54,232 nucleotides of DNA, taken from positions 1-54,232 of the forward strand of contig JBEBBG010000019.1 of NCBI GenBank assembly GCA_041158505.1, in the 5' to 3' direction. Numbering within the stretch: position 1 is the first letter of the stretch; every line of letters begins with the position of its first letter. The position numbers and the translations under genes are program-made. The notes under the pieces are model-generated. The model worked only from the letters and a program-made list of their open reading frames with translations, was not told the origin of the DNA and searched no databases. Shown piece by piece: positions 17,317 through 27,195 of the stretch. Origin of the DNA: Candidatus Parcubacteria bacterium (GTDB lineage Bacteria > Patescibacteriota > Minisyncoccia > Phycocordibacterales > JAACPR01).

Positions 17317-18681
17317 TTACAACTCCACCACTTCCCCTTCATTTGGCATACGCGCATCAACACCGAGCGTATCTCTAACCTGCTGTACAAAAAAGAGTGA
17401 AGCCTTCGGCTCTCCCATAACCACAAACACTTGCTTCACCGCTGGTGCGGCGTGCGCCACAAAATCCAGAAGTCCAACCTTATCCTTATGTGATGAGTAT
17501 CCACTGACACTCACTACCTCAGCACGCACCGGTACGTCTGTTCCATCAATGTACACACGCCGCACACCTTCCTGCAGCTGTCGTCCAGCGCTTCCTGGAA
17601 TCTGGTACCCAACGAGGAGTAACCCGTTCTTTTTATTTGGCAGGTACCGCTTCTCGTGCGTTGTAATTCGCCCACCTTCGCTCATACCAGAGCTGGCAAC
17701 AATAATCTTTGGACCATCCACACGCCCAATCGCTTCAGATTCTTCGCGGCGCATGGTCACCTTCAGCTTTGGAAAATCAAAAATAGCATCCCCGGCAGTA
17801 ATTTCAGCTTGTACCTTTTCATTAAATAAATCTGTGTATTTCCCATACACCTCCGTCAGTCGAATACCGAGCGGCGAATCAAAAAACACCGGCACGCTTG
17901 GCACGACACCATCTTCAATCAAATCATTGAGTTCTTTAAGCAGTACTTGCGTCTTCTCGAGCGAGAACACGGGGATAATCAGTACCCCACCGCGACCAAT
18001 CACCCGCCGCACCACCTCTGCCAGCTTCTGCTTTCGTGATTCCCGTTCCTGATGTACGCGATTACCGTACACGCTCTCCATAATGATGTAGTCTGCATCG
18101 GTAACATACTCAGTATCTCGAAGCAATGGCGTTGGTGAGTTTCCTAAATCCCCCGTAAACGCAATCTTCTTTCCACTCGCCTGATGTGTCATTTCTGCAA
18201 TAGCAGAACCAAGAATGTGCCCCGCATCCTTAAAGAACAACGTAAAGCCAGCAATTACTTCCTCCTGATGGTATGGCACCGTCTTCCAGAGTGAAAAAGC
18301 ATGTTCAACATCGGTAAGTTCATAGAGCATATCGGCATCATCAGTTGCCTCCGCGCGCATCACTCGAACCGCATCCTCAAGCATTGGTCGTGCGAGATCT
18401 CTCGTTGCAGGTGTTGAGTAAATCGTCCCCGAAAAACCATCCTTTACCAGCTTCCCAATACGCCCAATGTGGTCGATGTGCGCGTGCGTCACGATGAGCA
18501 TATGAATCGAAGCGGGATCATATGGAAATGGCTGTTGATTAGCACGCTCGCTCTCTCGCCCACCTTGGGCCAGTCCACAATCAACAAGTATTCGCGTCGT
18601 ACCATCAGATAGAAAAAAGTTTGCACCGGTCACTGATCCGACCCCACCATAAAAGCCGAGTGTTAGTTTGCCTTGTTCCAT
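17317..18681 (-). CDS. MBL-fold beta-CASP ribonuclease
   Basis: THAHIDHIG, AGHILGS, MESVYG, YSSH. Confidence 0.9.
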   Translation of the reverse strand: MEQGKLTLGFYGGVGSVTGANFFLSDGTTRILVDCGLAQGGRESERANQQPFPYDPASIHMLIVTHAHIDHIGRIGKLVKDGFSGTIYSTPATRDLARPMLEDAVRVMRAEATDDADMLYELTDVEHAFSLWKTVPYHQEEVIAGFTLFFKDAGHILGSAIAEMTHQASGKKIAFTGDLGNSPTPLLRDTEYVTDADYIIMESVYGNRVHQERESRKQKLAEVVRRVIGRGGVLIIPVFSLEKTQVLLKELNDLIEDGVVPSVPVFFDSPLGIRLTEVYGKYTDLFNEKVQAEITAGDAIFDFPKLKVTMRREESEAIGRVDGPKIIVASSGMSEGGRITTHEKRYLPNKKNGLLLVGYQIPGSAGRQLQEGVRRVYIDGTDVPVRAEVVSVSGYSSHKDKVGLLDFVAHAAPAVKQVFVVMGEPKASLFFVQQVRDTLGVDARMPNEGEVVEL

Positions 18682-19067
18682 AGTGATTTCTTTGCGTACA
18701 AAAATGCAGCAGTACCACCCAGTATATCCATACCGATGTCCTGCATCGTATCTACCTGATCGGCAATCACATTAGTAAAGCCAAGGAAGAGCTCCCAGAG
18801 TTCCCACCCGAGTCCCACCACAAGCACAGAGCCGAGCACCACTGCAAATACCGATCCCTTGTGCTCGCGTGGGAATGAAAAGATTCCAGAGGCATAGAAG
18901 AGTAACGCCGCAAGCAAGCCAATCAAAAACCCACCTGCAAAGTGCATTACCACATCAAACCACTCTGTTCGCCAGTAGAGAAATAATGTTAAGGCAACGT
19001 AATGCATTACCGCGACAATTACAGCGAGCGTTAGCGTTTCGGTTACGAGCGGTTTTATTTTTGACAC
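18663..19067 (-). CDS. membrane protein (VanZ/DUF2238-like)
   Basis: FDVVMHFAGG, WELWE, DTMQD. Confidence 0.7.
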   Translation of the reverse strand: MSKIKPLVTETLTLAVIVAVMHYVALTLFLYWRTEWFDVVMHFAGGFLIGLLAALLFYASGIFSFPREHKGSVFAVVLGSVLVVGLGWELWELFLGFTNVIADQVDTMQDIGMDILGGTAAFLYAKKSLWNKAN

Positions 19068-19115
19068 CCTGTTATTGTAACAAAAACGCCACCCAAATGG
19101 GTGACGTGTTTGCTC

Positions 19116-19229
19116 GGCCGACGATATGCCCTAGCTAAAGCTAGGTGGGTGACCGCAGGCAGTAGCCAAGACCGCTGCCGATGTAAGTCGTCCCTTCTTG
19201 TTTGAGATGTCTAGAACATATGGTCGGCC
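19116..19229 (-). ncRNA. candidate 6S-like RNA
   Basis: Closing stem, central bubble and apical stem; promoter TTGCTT-N18-TATACT; terminator 19082-19107. Confidence 0.55.
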
Positions 19230-19367
19230 TATACTTAGAGTATACTCTTCCACCTGAAAAGAAAGCAACTATTTTATGAAAAAACGCTCAAAATTGACTT
19301 TGCAATGCCTTTTGTATAGTGTCATGAGGAACTGCTAGATTTTCACCCTGCACCCAAAAAACGAATC

Positions 19368-19814
19368 ATGAGCACACAGCAAGAAGGTGAAATCGCCTTC
19401 ATCATCCCCACGGGGAACATCAGCCTGGAAGACGGCTACGAACTCGAAGGAGGCACTCTCTTCATCATACTGGTCAAGCCGGACGGCGAAGCTTTCCGCA
19501 TCGACCTGTACGTTGTGGGAGGGTCTGGAATCATCCAGTACCTGTTTGCGAATACCTATTCAGCAGCCTGTATGGATGCGTTAAAAAATACAAAACTCAC
19601 CATCAGAAATCATGGCGGGGGTACGAATGACATCCGTTTCGTCTGCACGGTTCCAAAAAACCCTGACGGCTCTGGGAAGGCTCAAAAACGAACTACTGCA
19701 TGGAATCCGATGAACCTCATTGGCGTCTTCAAAACCAAACCTGGATGCCATGCACGTGATGTACCCGCAGCTGTCGCACAGGCAATACGTGAGTACGAAC
19801 AATCCATCGACTGA
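19368..19814 (+). CDS. hypothetical protein
   Basis: Own promoter (TTGACT) and terminator (about 19838-19876). Confidence 0.7.
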   Translation: MSTQQEGEIAFIIPTGNISLEDGYELEGGTLFIILVKPDGEAFRIDLYVVGGSGIIQYLFANTYSAACMDALKNTKLTIRNHGGGTNDIRFVCTVPKNPDGSGKAQKRTTAWNPMNLIGVFKTKPGCHARDVPAAVAQAIREYEQSID

Positions 19815-19914
19815 TTTACGCACCTCACCCAACCTCAAACGCCCGTCCCAGCTTGGGACGGGCGCTTTTCTTTTTTATAAAAATCTCTCAAGCAGAACTG
19901 CGATAACCTCCACC

Positions 19915-20520
19915 CTACTCAAGCAATCCGTCGAGATTCACGTCGTAGAGAATCTGTTCGCCCACGAGTCGGTATGAAAGCAACTCATTGCTACTAAACC
20001 AGTGCGCAATTTCTTTCACCGCTTCATCAGGCGTACCCGATGCGTGCACCAGGTTTCGCACTGCCCGTCCATTACCATTCGACAGTGGGTACGAATCAAT
20101 CACAAAATCACCGCGAATGGTTCCAACGTCAGACGTTAGCGGCTCCGTGCTGCCAACCAGCTTTCGAACCACTGGCACTGCGTGTGCACCCTGCCACGCC
20201 ATCGCCACCACCGGTCCGCTCGTGAAGTACCGCACGAGCCCGTCGAGCACCTTCTCGGCCATCACCATTGGATCATCGCTTTCAGGCGTTAGACCTTTAT
20301 CACGCATACCCGCAATCGCCTTATGCCCCACTGCCTCAAGCCAACCCGCATCAAGCGTGTAGTGGCCACGAACCTGCTCGGCATTTGGCACGAGCATCTT
20401 AATACCTACCAGCTTTAGTCCTGTTCGTTCGATCCGTCGCACCACCTCACCAATGAGTGATCGCTGCACACCATCCGGCTTAATAATGACAAGCGTCTGC
20501 TCTTTGATGACATGCTCCAT
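19915..20520 (-). CDS. ndk: nucleoside-diphosphate kinase
   Basis: IKPDGVQR, GTIRGDF, NLVHAS. Confidence 0.95.
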   Translation of the reverse strand: MEHVIKEQTLVIIKPDGVQRSLIGEVVRRIERTGLKLVGIKMLVPNAEQVRGHYTLDAGWLEAVGHKAIAGMRDKGLTPESDDPMVMAEKVLDGLVRYFTSGPVVAMAWQGAHAVPVVRKLVGSTEPLTSDVGTIRGDFVIDSYPLSNGNGRAVRNLVHASGTPDEAVKEIAHWFSSNELLSYRLVGEQILYDVNLDGLLE

Positions 20521-20533
20521 AGAAAATATGTGG

Positions 20534-21310
20534 TTACTGTTTCGTTAAAATTTCTGCATCACCCTCGGTAATCAAAACGGTATGTTCGAACTGTGCCGAG
20601 AGTGAACCATCCTTTGTGCGGTACGTGTAACCATCTGTCTTATCGAGGACAATTGCCCCATCCCCCAGACAAAACATAGGCTCAATCGCGAGCACCATAC
20701 CCGGCTTAAGCTCGGGCCCAGTGCCTGGTGTGCCCTCATTGGGCACATACGGCTCTTCATGAACCGCGTACCCCACACCATGTCCTGCGAGCCCCTCTGC
20801 AATGGAAAGGCCCTCTCGGACGGCTACGGCCTCAATGGCGGCAGAGATATCTCCAATTCGATTACCACCACGGGCAGCTTTAATGCCAGCCATCAGCGCC
20901 TCTTTGGTTGCGGCAAGGAGACGATTCACACTCGTCGTACCCTGTCCTGCAACGGTCGTCACCGCATGATCGGTAAACATCCCTTCATAAATCAATCCTG
21001 CATCAATTGTTACAATATCCCCCACCTCAATGGTTACCGGTACCTCATCTGGAATGCCGTGCACAATTGCGTCATTAATCGACACGCAAATACTCGATGG
21101 AAACGGCCGCTTTGCACCCGTTGGTTTGTAGTTAAGAAATGCAGAGGTACCCCCGAGCTCACGAATACGCTGTGCGGCGTAGTCAGACAACTCATCGGTG
21201 CGTACCCCAGGAGCAATCTTTGCAACGGTCTCAGCAACAATCATAGCCAAGCGTTTACCACTCTCTCGTAGCCGTTCAATGTCTGCTTCTGTCTTAATGG
21301 TGATTGCCAT
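20534..21310 (-). CDS. map: methionine aminopeptidase type I
   Basis: IVHGIP, GHGVG..HEEP, AIEPM, QFEHT. Confidence 0.95.
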   Translation of the reverse strand: MAITIKTEADIERLRESGKRLAMIVAETVAKIAPGVRTDELSDYAAQRIRELGGTSAFLNYKPTGAKRPFPSSICVSINDAIVHGIPDEVPVTIEVGDIVTIDAGLIYEGMFTDHAVTTVAGQGTTSVNRLLAATKEALMAGIKAARGGNRIGDISAAIEAVAVREGLSIAEGLAGHGVGYAVHEEPYVPNEGTPGTGPELKPGMVLAIEPMFCLGDGAIVLDKTDGYTYRTKDGSLSAQFEHTVLITEGDAEILTKQ

Positions 21311-21385
21311 ACGTACCTCTACCTTTACATAAAACGGCCCGGATTGCACGTCCGGACCGCTCTCGCAACGCTGTATCGTCGTACG

Positions 21386-22660
21386 TTAGTACTCACGCAT
21401 GGTGAGCTGCGCATCGACTTTTTTGATAACGTCGATGAGCACTGATACCGCAATAAGGAGTGATGTACCACCAAGGGTCAGTGACGTGATACCCGATGTT
21501 GCGGTTGCAATCATTGGCAACACAGCAATCAAACCAAGGAAAACGGCACCGATAAGTGTAATGCGTGAGACAACATTACCAACATGCTTTGCAGTTGAAT
21601 CTCCGGGACGAACACCAGGGATGAATGCTCCAGACTTCTGAAGGTTCTTTGCCATAGCATCTGGATCAAAGGTCACCGCGGTGTAGAAGTACGTAAAGAA
21701 GAATACAAATACAAAGTATGTAATACCGTATGCGAGGTTGTTTGCGCTAAATGCTGTAAACCAGCCAAGCACCTTCTGCACCACAGGATTTTCTACAGCA
21801 CTCAAGAAGTTCGTCGCCATCTGTGGCAAGAGTAAGATTGAAAGTGCAAAGATAATTGGAATCACACCAGCCTGGTTAAGACGAAGTGGGATGTAGGTTG
21901 CAGTTGCCGCAGTAGTTCGATTACCGATTGATTGTTTTGCATAGGTAACAGGCACAGGTCGCTCTGCCTCGGTCATGATGACAACGCCAAGCGTGATGAG
22001 TAGCGCACCGACAACAAAGGCGATGTACGTAAGTAGGTCTGCCGCCGTGTAGGTAAAGAGGATTTGCTCAATCGCAGTTGGAAATCCAGCCACAATACCA
22101 GCAAAGATAATGATTGAGGTACCGTTACCAATACCAAACTCGCTCATGAGCTCACCAATCCACATGAGGAGAACTGAACCAGCAGTAATCACAATGAGGT
22201 TGGTTGCGAGTGCAAACGGTGTGAGCTGCGGGATAATTCCCTGGCTTGCAAGAAGCAAGAGAAACCCAAGACCTTGAATCACCGCGAGCGGTACGCTAAT
22301 GAGTCGTGAGTACTGTGAAAATCGTCGTCGTCCTGCCTCACCTTCTTCGTGGTACATCGCCTTAAGCTTTGGTGACATCATGGTCAAAAGCTGCATGATA
22401 ATGCTTGCAGTGATGTATGGTCCAACACCGAGCATTACAATTGAAAGCGCAGAAAGTCCTCCTCCAGAGAAGAGATTAAGGAGACCGAGTAGTTGGTTAT
22501 TCTCAAAGAATGAAGCGAGTGCGTTGTGATTTACACCAGGAACTGGAATCGCAGCGAGTAGACGAAAGACAACAAGTGCACCGAGTACAAATAAAATACG
22601 GTTACGCAGTGTCGCGTCCTTGGCGATCAATCGAAGCTTTGTGAAAAATGTACCAAACAT
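21386..22660 (-). CDS. secY: preprotein translocase SecY
   Basis: GVGPYITASIIMQLL, IPGVRPG. Confidence 0.98.
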   Translation of the reverse strand: MFGTFFTKLRLIAKDATLRNRILFVLGALVVFRLLAAIPVPGVNHNALASFFENNQLLGLLNLFSGGGLSALSIVMLGVGPYITASIIMQLLTMMSPKLKAMYHEEGEAGRRRFSQYSRLISVPLAVIQGLGFLLLLASQGIIPQLTPFALATNLIVITAGSVLLMWIGELMSEFGIGNGTSIIIFAGIVAGFPTAIEQILFTYTAADLLTYIAFVVGALLITLGVVIMTEAERPVPVTYAKQSIGNRTTAATATYIPLRLNQAGVIPIIFALSILLLPQMATNFLSAVENPVVQKVLGWFTAFSANNLAYGITYFVFVFFFTYFYTAVTFDPDAMAKNLQKSGAFIPGVRPGDSTAKHVGNVVSRITLIGAVFLGLIAVLPMIATATSGITSLTLGGTSLLIAVSVLIDVIKKVDAQLTMREY

Positions 22661-22666
22661 GGTGTG

Positions 22667-23107
22667 TTACTTGATGGTGCTTCCTCCCTGCTCAAGCTTT
22701 GCCTTTGCAGCAAGTGAGATAATGCAGTTCTCAAAGGTGAATTTCTTTTTGGTCTCACCTGTACCAAGTACTTTTACAAGAGGAAGTTTTCCTGCTTGTC
22801 GATTTACAAGCTTCTGCTCAACGAGCGTCTTTGGGCTAATGACTGCACCATTCTCAAACGCTGCGTCGATTCGAGTAATGTTAACTACCCGAGCTGGAAC
22901 CTGTCGGCTTGTGTTGATGTTCTTACCGCGTCCACGAAGCTTTGGAATCTTCTTGATAGTATCACGCATGTCAGGTCGAATACCATGACCACCGTGTGCG
23001 TGCTGACCCTTTGTACCACGACCTGAAGTCTTACCACGCTTACCACCACGACCAATAACAATGGCCTTCTTTTGTGGTGTATGTCGCTTGAGATTGTTTT
23101 TTTGCAT
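22667..23107 (-). CDS. rplO: 50S ribosomal protein L15
   Basis: GKTSGRGTKGQ. Confidence 0.95.
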   Translation of the reverse strand: MQKNNLKRHTPQKKAIVIGRGGKRGKTSGRGTKGQHAHGGHGIRPDMRDTIKKIPKLRGRGKNINTSRQVPARVVNITRIDAAFENGAVISPKTLVEQKLVNRQAGKLPLVKVLGTGETKKKFTFENCIISLAAKAKLEQGGSTIK

Positions 23108-23118
23108 GGTCGTAAAAT

Positions 23119-23703
23119 TTATTTAGCTGCTTTGAGCTTTGCGAGCGCTTTAAGTGTTGCACGTGCAATATTGAGCTTATTCTTGCTACCTGACTGCACC
23201 TTTCCTACGATGTCATTTACACCAGCAAGTTCGGCGAGGTCACGTACTGCAGATCCTGCAACAAGTCCGCGACCCTTTGATGGTTGGATGCTTACAATCG
23301 CGCTTGCGTACTTTGCCTCAACGAGATGAGGAATTGAGTTACCTGTTGTGCGAGGAACGGTAACAAGGTGCTTCTTTGCATCCTTGATAGCCTTCTCGAT
23401 TGCAAGAGCGGTATCGCCTGCCTTTCCAATACCAACGCCAACCTTACCCTTTCGATCTCCAATTGCCATTGCAACGCTGAAGCTAAAGCGACGTCCACCT
23501 GAAGAAACTCGAGTTACACGTCGAATGTTCAACATTCGCTGGTCGTACTCTGAACGAGCTTGCGGCTTTCGTGCTGGGCGTCGGTTTTTTCGGAATGATG
23601 AACCACCCTGCCCCTGTCCTCGTGGGCTTCGACGATCTGATCGCGCTGGTGCGTCTGCCGCTACCGGTGCATCACTCTGCTGTTGTACTGCTGCTTCTGT
23701 CAT
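23119..23703 (-). CDS. rpsE: 30S ribosomal protein S5
   Basis: RRVTRVSSGGRRFSF. Confidence 0.95.
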   Translation of the reverse strand: MTEAAVQQQSDAPVAADAPARSDRRSPRGQGQGGSSFRKNRRPARKPQARSEYDQRMLNIRRVTRVSSGGRRFSFSVAMAIGDRKGKVGVGIGKAGDTALAIEKAIKDAKKHLVTVPRTTGNSIPHLVEAKYASAIVSIQPSKGRGLVAGSAVRDLAELAGVNDIVGKVQSGSKNKLNIARATLKALAKLKAAK

Positions 23704-23722
23704 ACTCGTACCTTACACTACA

Positions 23723-24067
23723 TTAAAATGTTAAGCCACCGTCTCGTGCGCCATCTGCAAGAGCCTTGATTGAACCCGCGTAGAGAAAACCTCCTCGGTC
23801 AAACACAGCCGCAGTTACACCCTGCTCTTTTGCAAGCTTTGCAATTGCAAGACCTGTCTCTTTTGCACGCTCTGCCTGAGTCTTTGCTTTTGATTGTGTT
23901 GTATTTGTAGCAGCAAGTGTATGCGCCTTTGTGTCATCAATAAGCTGCGCGTAAATAGCGGTGTTTGATCGGTACACTGCAAGTCGTGGTCGCTCTGCAG
24001 TACCAGAAACCTTTGCGCGGATGCGCTTGTGTCGTGCTTGTCGCTTTGTTGCCTTTGATGTTGCCAT
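23723..24067 (-). CDS. rplR: 50S ribosomal protein L18
   Basis: RPRLAVYRSN, VFDRGG. Confidence 0.97.
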   Translation of the reverse strand: MATSKATKRQARHKRIRAKVSGTAERPRLAVYRSNTAIYAQLIDDTKAHTLAATNTTQSKAKTQAERAKETGLAIAKLAKEQGVTAAVFDRGGFLYAGSIKALADGARDGGLTF

Positions 24068-24076
24068 ACCTAAATA

Positions 24077-24613
24077 CTATGATGCTTTCTTACCTTCCTT
24101 GCGTCGGATAACTTCGTTGTCGTATCGAATACCCTTACCCTTGTACGGTTCTGGTTTCTTTTGTGAGCGAACAACTGCCGCAAACTGCCCTACCTTCTCC
24201 TTACTAATACCTGAGATAGTAATCGCGTTCTTCTCTACTGCACAGGTAAGTCCTGCTGGAACTTTAAGTGGAACCTCGTGTGAGAAACCAATGTTGAGCA
24301 CGAGCGTATCGCCGCGAAGCTCTGCTTTGTAACCAACACCTTCGATGAGTAGCTTCTTGGTAAATGGTGTATGTACACCCTGTACCATTGCAAGAATCTC
24401 TGAACCGTACGTTCCCCAAAGAGCACGTGACTCGATGGTGTCATCCTTGTTGGTAACGGTGATGAATCCATCAGCAACAGCGACGGTTACGTTCTCAGCT
24501 CGAAATGTAAGTGAGAGTTCACCCTGTGGACCTTTTACGGTAATTACATTTCCAACAACTGCAACATCAGTCTTTGCAGGAATTGCGATTGGTTTTTTTC
24601 CGATTCGTGACAT
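24077..24613 (-). CDS. rplF: 50S ribosomal protein L6
   Basis: MSRIGK, PEPYKGKG. Confidence 0.97.
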   Translation of the reverse strand: MSRIGKKPIAIPAKTDVAVVGNVITVKGPQGELSLTFRAENVTVAVADGFITVTNKDDTIESRALWGTYGSEILAMVQGVHTPFTKKLLIEGVGYKAELRGDTLVLNIGFSHEVPLKVPAGLTCAVEKNAITISGISKEKVGQFAAVVRSQKKPEPYKGKGIRYDNEVIRRKEGKKAS

Positions 24614-24622
24614 AAAAAAGTA

Positions 24623-25018
24623 TTACCAGATCTCAAAGAGAGCTTCACCTCCAACGTTCTCCTTTCGTGCCTGCTTATCGGTCACAATACCCTTTGGGGT
24701 TGAGAGAATGAGTGTACCGTATCCATTTCGAACTGGCACAATTTGATCAACGCGCTTGTAGGTTCGCTTTGATTGCTTTGAGAGACGCTTCACGCCAGAA
24801 ACAGCTGGAGCTCCCTTTGTGTCGTACTTGAGCTCGATATCGAGATACTTCTTTACATCTTTGCCGTCTTTCTCAACTGCTGCGATGTATCCTTCTCGCT
24901 TAAGTACTTCTGCAATTGCAAAGGTAACCTTTGAGTATGGAGTACGGACATCTTTATGACCACGCAACTGTGCGTTGTAGATGCCGTTAATAAGATTTGC
25001 AATAGCGTCGACTACCAT
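24623..25018 (-). CDS. rpsH: 30S ribosomal protein S8
   Basis: LSTPKG, VGGE. Confidence 0.95.
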   Translation of the reverse strand: MVVDAIANLINGIYNAQLRGHKDVRTPYSKVTFAIAEVLKREGYIAAVEKDGKDVKKYLDIELKYDTKGAPAVSGVKRLSKQSKRTYKRVDQIVPVRNGYGTLILSTPKGIVTDKQARKENVGGEALFEIW

Positions 25019-25197
25019 GATGATTTCTTAATACCTGGAATGAGGCCTTCGTTTGCACACTCGCGGAAGCAGATGCGGCACATGTCGAAGTCTCGCATGT
25101 AACCATGCTTACGACCACATTTAAAGCAACGTCGTACGACGCGGCTCTTGAACTTTGGTGGTCGTGTAGACCGTACGATGACTGATGTTTTAGCCAT
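25012..25197 (-). CDS. rpsN: 30S ribosomal protein S14 (zinc type)
   Basis: RCFKCGR...MCRICFR. Confidence 0.95.
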   Translation of the reverse strand: MAKTSVIVRSTRPPKFKSRVVRRCFKCGRKHGYMRDFDMCRICFRECANEGLIPGIKKSSW

Positions 25198-25226
25198 AAA
25201 TAAAACCGCCAAAAAAGCGTTCCCGT

Positions 25227-25255
25227 ATACTAGCAAGGTCCGTTTCTAATGTCAA
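25227..25255 (-). promoter_or_regulatory. internal sigma70 promoter for the rpsN block
   Basis: TTGACA-N17-TAGTAT. Confidence 0.7.
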
Positions 25256-25367
25256 CGTTTTTTGGACCTTATTTTTCTTATCGGGAGCCGATATTACCAA
25301 CACGTACCGGCCAGTATTCCGAAAAGCAAAAAATCGCGACTTGTAGGGCCTGTAATCTGGTCTAAAC

Positions 25368-25480
25368 GCAAAAGCAGCACGGGCATACTCCTGAGGAACT
25401 CCGCAGCCGATGTTCCTAAGCAAAGCTTTTGGAATATCGTGCGAGGACCTTTCGAAGGGGTGTGCCCGTGCTGCTTTTGT
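25368..25480. repeat. long inverted-repeat structured element
   Basis: About 24-bp arms GCAAAAGCAGCACGGGCATAC/GTGTGCCCGTGCTGCTTTTG with an internal hairpin motif. Confidence 0.75.
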
Positions 25481-25485
25481 ATTAT

Positions 25486-26025
25486 CTACGCCTCTTTCTT
25501 GAACGGAAATCCAAGATGAGCAAGGAAAGCCTTTGTCTCTGCAGCCTCCTGTGACGTGGTCACGACGGTAATCGCGAGTCCAAATACGTCTTTGATATCC
25601 TGATCTGCTGTCTCTGGGAAAATAGTGTTTTCCTTGATGCCGAGGGTGTAGTTACCCATCGCGTCCATGGTGCTGTTGATACCACGGAAGTCTCGAGTTC
25701 GAGGAAGCGCAACGTTGATGAGCTTATCGAGAAACGCGTACATGCGCGGACCACGAAGTGTTGCTTGGTATCCAGCAAGCTGACCTTCACGAACCTTAAA
25801 TGAAGCGATTGACTTCTTTGCTGGTCGCTCAAAGACTTTCTGTCCTGCGATGCGAGTAAGCTGATCTTCTACAATCTCCATCTTGCGCTTATCTGCACGT
25901 GTCTTACCAACTCCCGTCGAAATAACCACTTTTTGAATGCGCGGCGCCTGCATGACGTTTGTGTATCCAAACTCATCCTTGAGAGCCTTAAACGCTGTAT
26001 TCTGCTTTTCCTTTACTGTCTGCAT
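25486..26025 (-). CDS. rplE: 50S ribosomal protein L5
   Basis: KKSIASFKVREG, LPRTRDFRG. Confidence 0.97.
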   Translation of the reverse strand: MQTVKEKQNTAFKALKDEFGYTNVMQAPRIQKVVISTGVGKTRADKRKMEIVEDQLTRIAGQKVFERPAKKSIASFKVREGQLAGYQATLRGPRMYAFLDKLINVALPRTRDFRGINSTMDAMGNYTLGIKENTIFPETADQDIKDVFGLAITVVTTSQEAAETKAFLAHLGFPFKKEA

Positions 26026-26036
26026 AGTCGTAGTGG

Positions 26037-26342
26037 TTATAGGGTCTGGCCGCTTGCCTTAGCAACGCGCACCTTCTTTCCTCCATCAACCTTGTAGCCA
26101 ACGCGTGTTGCCTTCTTGGTTTTTGGATCGATGATTGCAACGTTTGAAACGTCGATTGGCATGGTTTTACTAATAACCTCGCCTGATACACCTTGCCGTC
26201 GTGACTTCTGTCGCTTCTTTGCAATGTTAATACCCTCAACAATTACTCGTCCCTCCTTTGGAAGCGCGCGAAGTACCTTTCCAGTTTTACCCTTATCCTT
26301 ACCAGCGAGCACAATGACGTTGTCGTTTTTCTTGATCTTCAT
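26037..26342 (-). CDS. rplX: 50S ribosomal protein L24
   Basis: GKDKGKTG, SNV. Confidence 0.97.
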   Translation of the reverse strand: MKIKKNDNVIVLAGKDKGKTGKVLRALPKEGRVIVEGINIAKKRQKSRRQGVSGEVISKTMPIDVSNVAIIDPKTKKATRVGYKVDGGKKVRVAKASGQTL

Positions 26343-26349
26343 ACGCGTA

Positions 26350-26718
26350 CTAGATAACCTCTGGGGCTAGAGAAATAATCTTCTGGAATCGCTCTGAGAG
26401 CTCTCGTGGTACTGGACCGAATACTCGGTTTGCAAGTGGCTCTCGCTTCTCCTTGTCTACAAGGATAACTGCGTTCTCATCAAATCGGATGTACGAACCA
26501 TCCTTTCGTCGGAATGGCTTGGTCTGTCGAACAACGACAGCGTGAAGTACCGCCTTCTTCTTTACAGACTTTCGCGGCTCAGCCTTCTGTACTGAAATAA
26601 CAACGAGTTCACCGATCTCTGCGTATCGCTTCTTTGAAGCACCGAGCACCTTGAACACACGGCCAACCTTGGCTCCTGAGTTATCGGTGATGGTTACAAT
26701 TGACTGTGGCTGAATCAT
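26350..26718 (-). CDS. rplN: 50S ribosomal protein L14
   Basis: DNSGAK, SLAPEV. Confidence 0.97.
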   Translation of the reverse strand: MIQPQSIVTITDNSGAKVGRVFKVLGASKKRYAEIGELVVISVQKAEPRKSVKKKAVLHAVVVRQTKPFRRKDGSYIRFDENAVILVDKEKREPLANRVFGPVPRELSERFQKIISLAPEVI

Positions 26719-26727
26719 ACGCGTAGT

Positions 26728-26997
26728 TTATAGGACAATAAATCGCTTATCCTTTGAGATAGGGCGGGTTTCCTGAATAGTTACCTTGTCACCAATCTTT
26801 TTGGTGTTACCTGGGTTGTGCGCCTTGTAGCGCTTCTGTTCCTTGATGAACTTCTCGTACTTTGGGTGCTTGTAGTATCGCTCAACCTTCACAACCACTG
26901 TATCCTGCATCTTGTCTGACACAACGACGCCAGAAAAGCGCTTGCCAGTCTTTGGCATCTCGGTGGTCTCTGCTGCTTTTTGCTTTCGTCCAAACAT
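26728..26997 (-). CDS. rpsQ: 30S ribosomal protein S17
   Basis: [15 protein letters not shown]. Confidence 0.97.
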   Translation of the reverse strand: MFGRKQKAAETTEMPKTGKRFSGVVVSDKMQDTVVVKVERYYKHPKYEKFIKEQKRYKAHNPGNTKKIGDKVTIQETRPISKDKRFIVL

Positions 26998-26998
26998 G

Positions 26999-27181
26999 TT
27001 AGCGGTTGTTGAGTTCTGTTAAAATGCGAGCGATATCGCGGCGAAGGGTTTTTCCCTCTTTATCGTTTCGTGCAGCCGCACCAGCAACGCTGAAGCGAAA
27101 ATCACGAAGTGCCGTGCGCTTATCCTTAAGCTCTTGCTGGAGCTCCTGGACTGTTTTCTTTTGTAGCGTATCTGCTGCCAT
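26999..27181 (-). CDS. rpmC: 50S ribosomal protein L29
   Basis: RRDIARILT; synteny. Confidence 0.92.
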   Translation of the reverse strand: MAADTLQKKTVQELQQELKDKRTALRDFRFSVAGAAARNDKEGKTLRRDIARILTELNNR

Positions 27182-27195
27182 GGGTCGTTACATTA

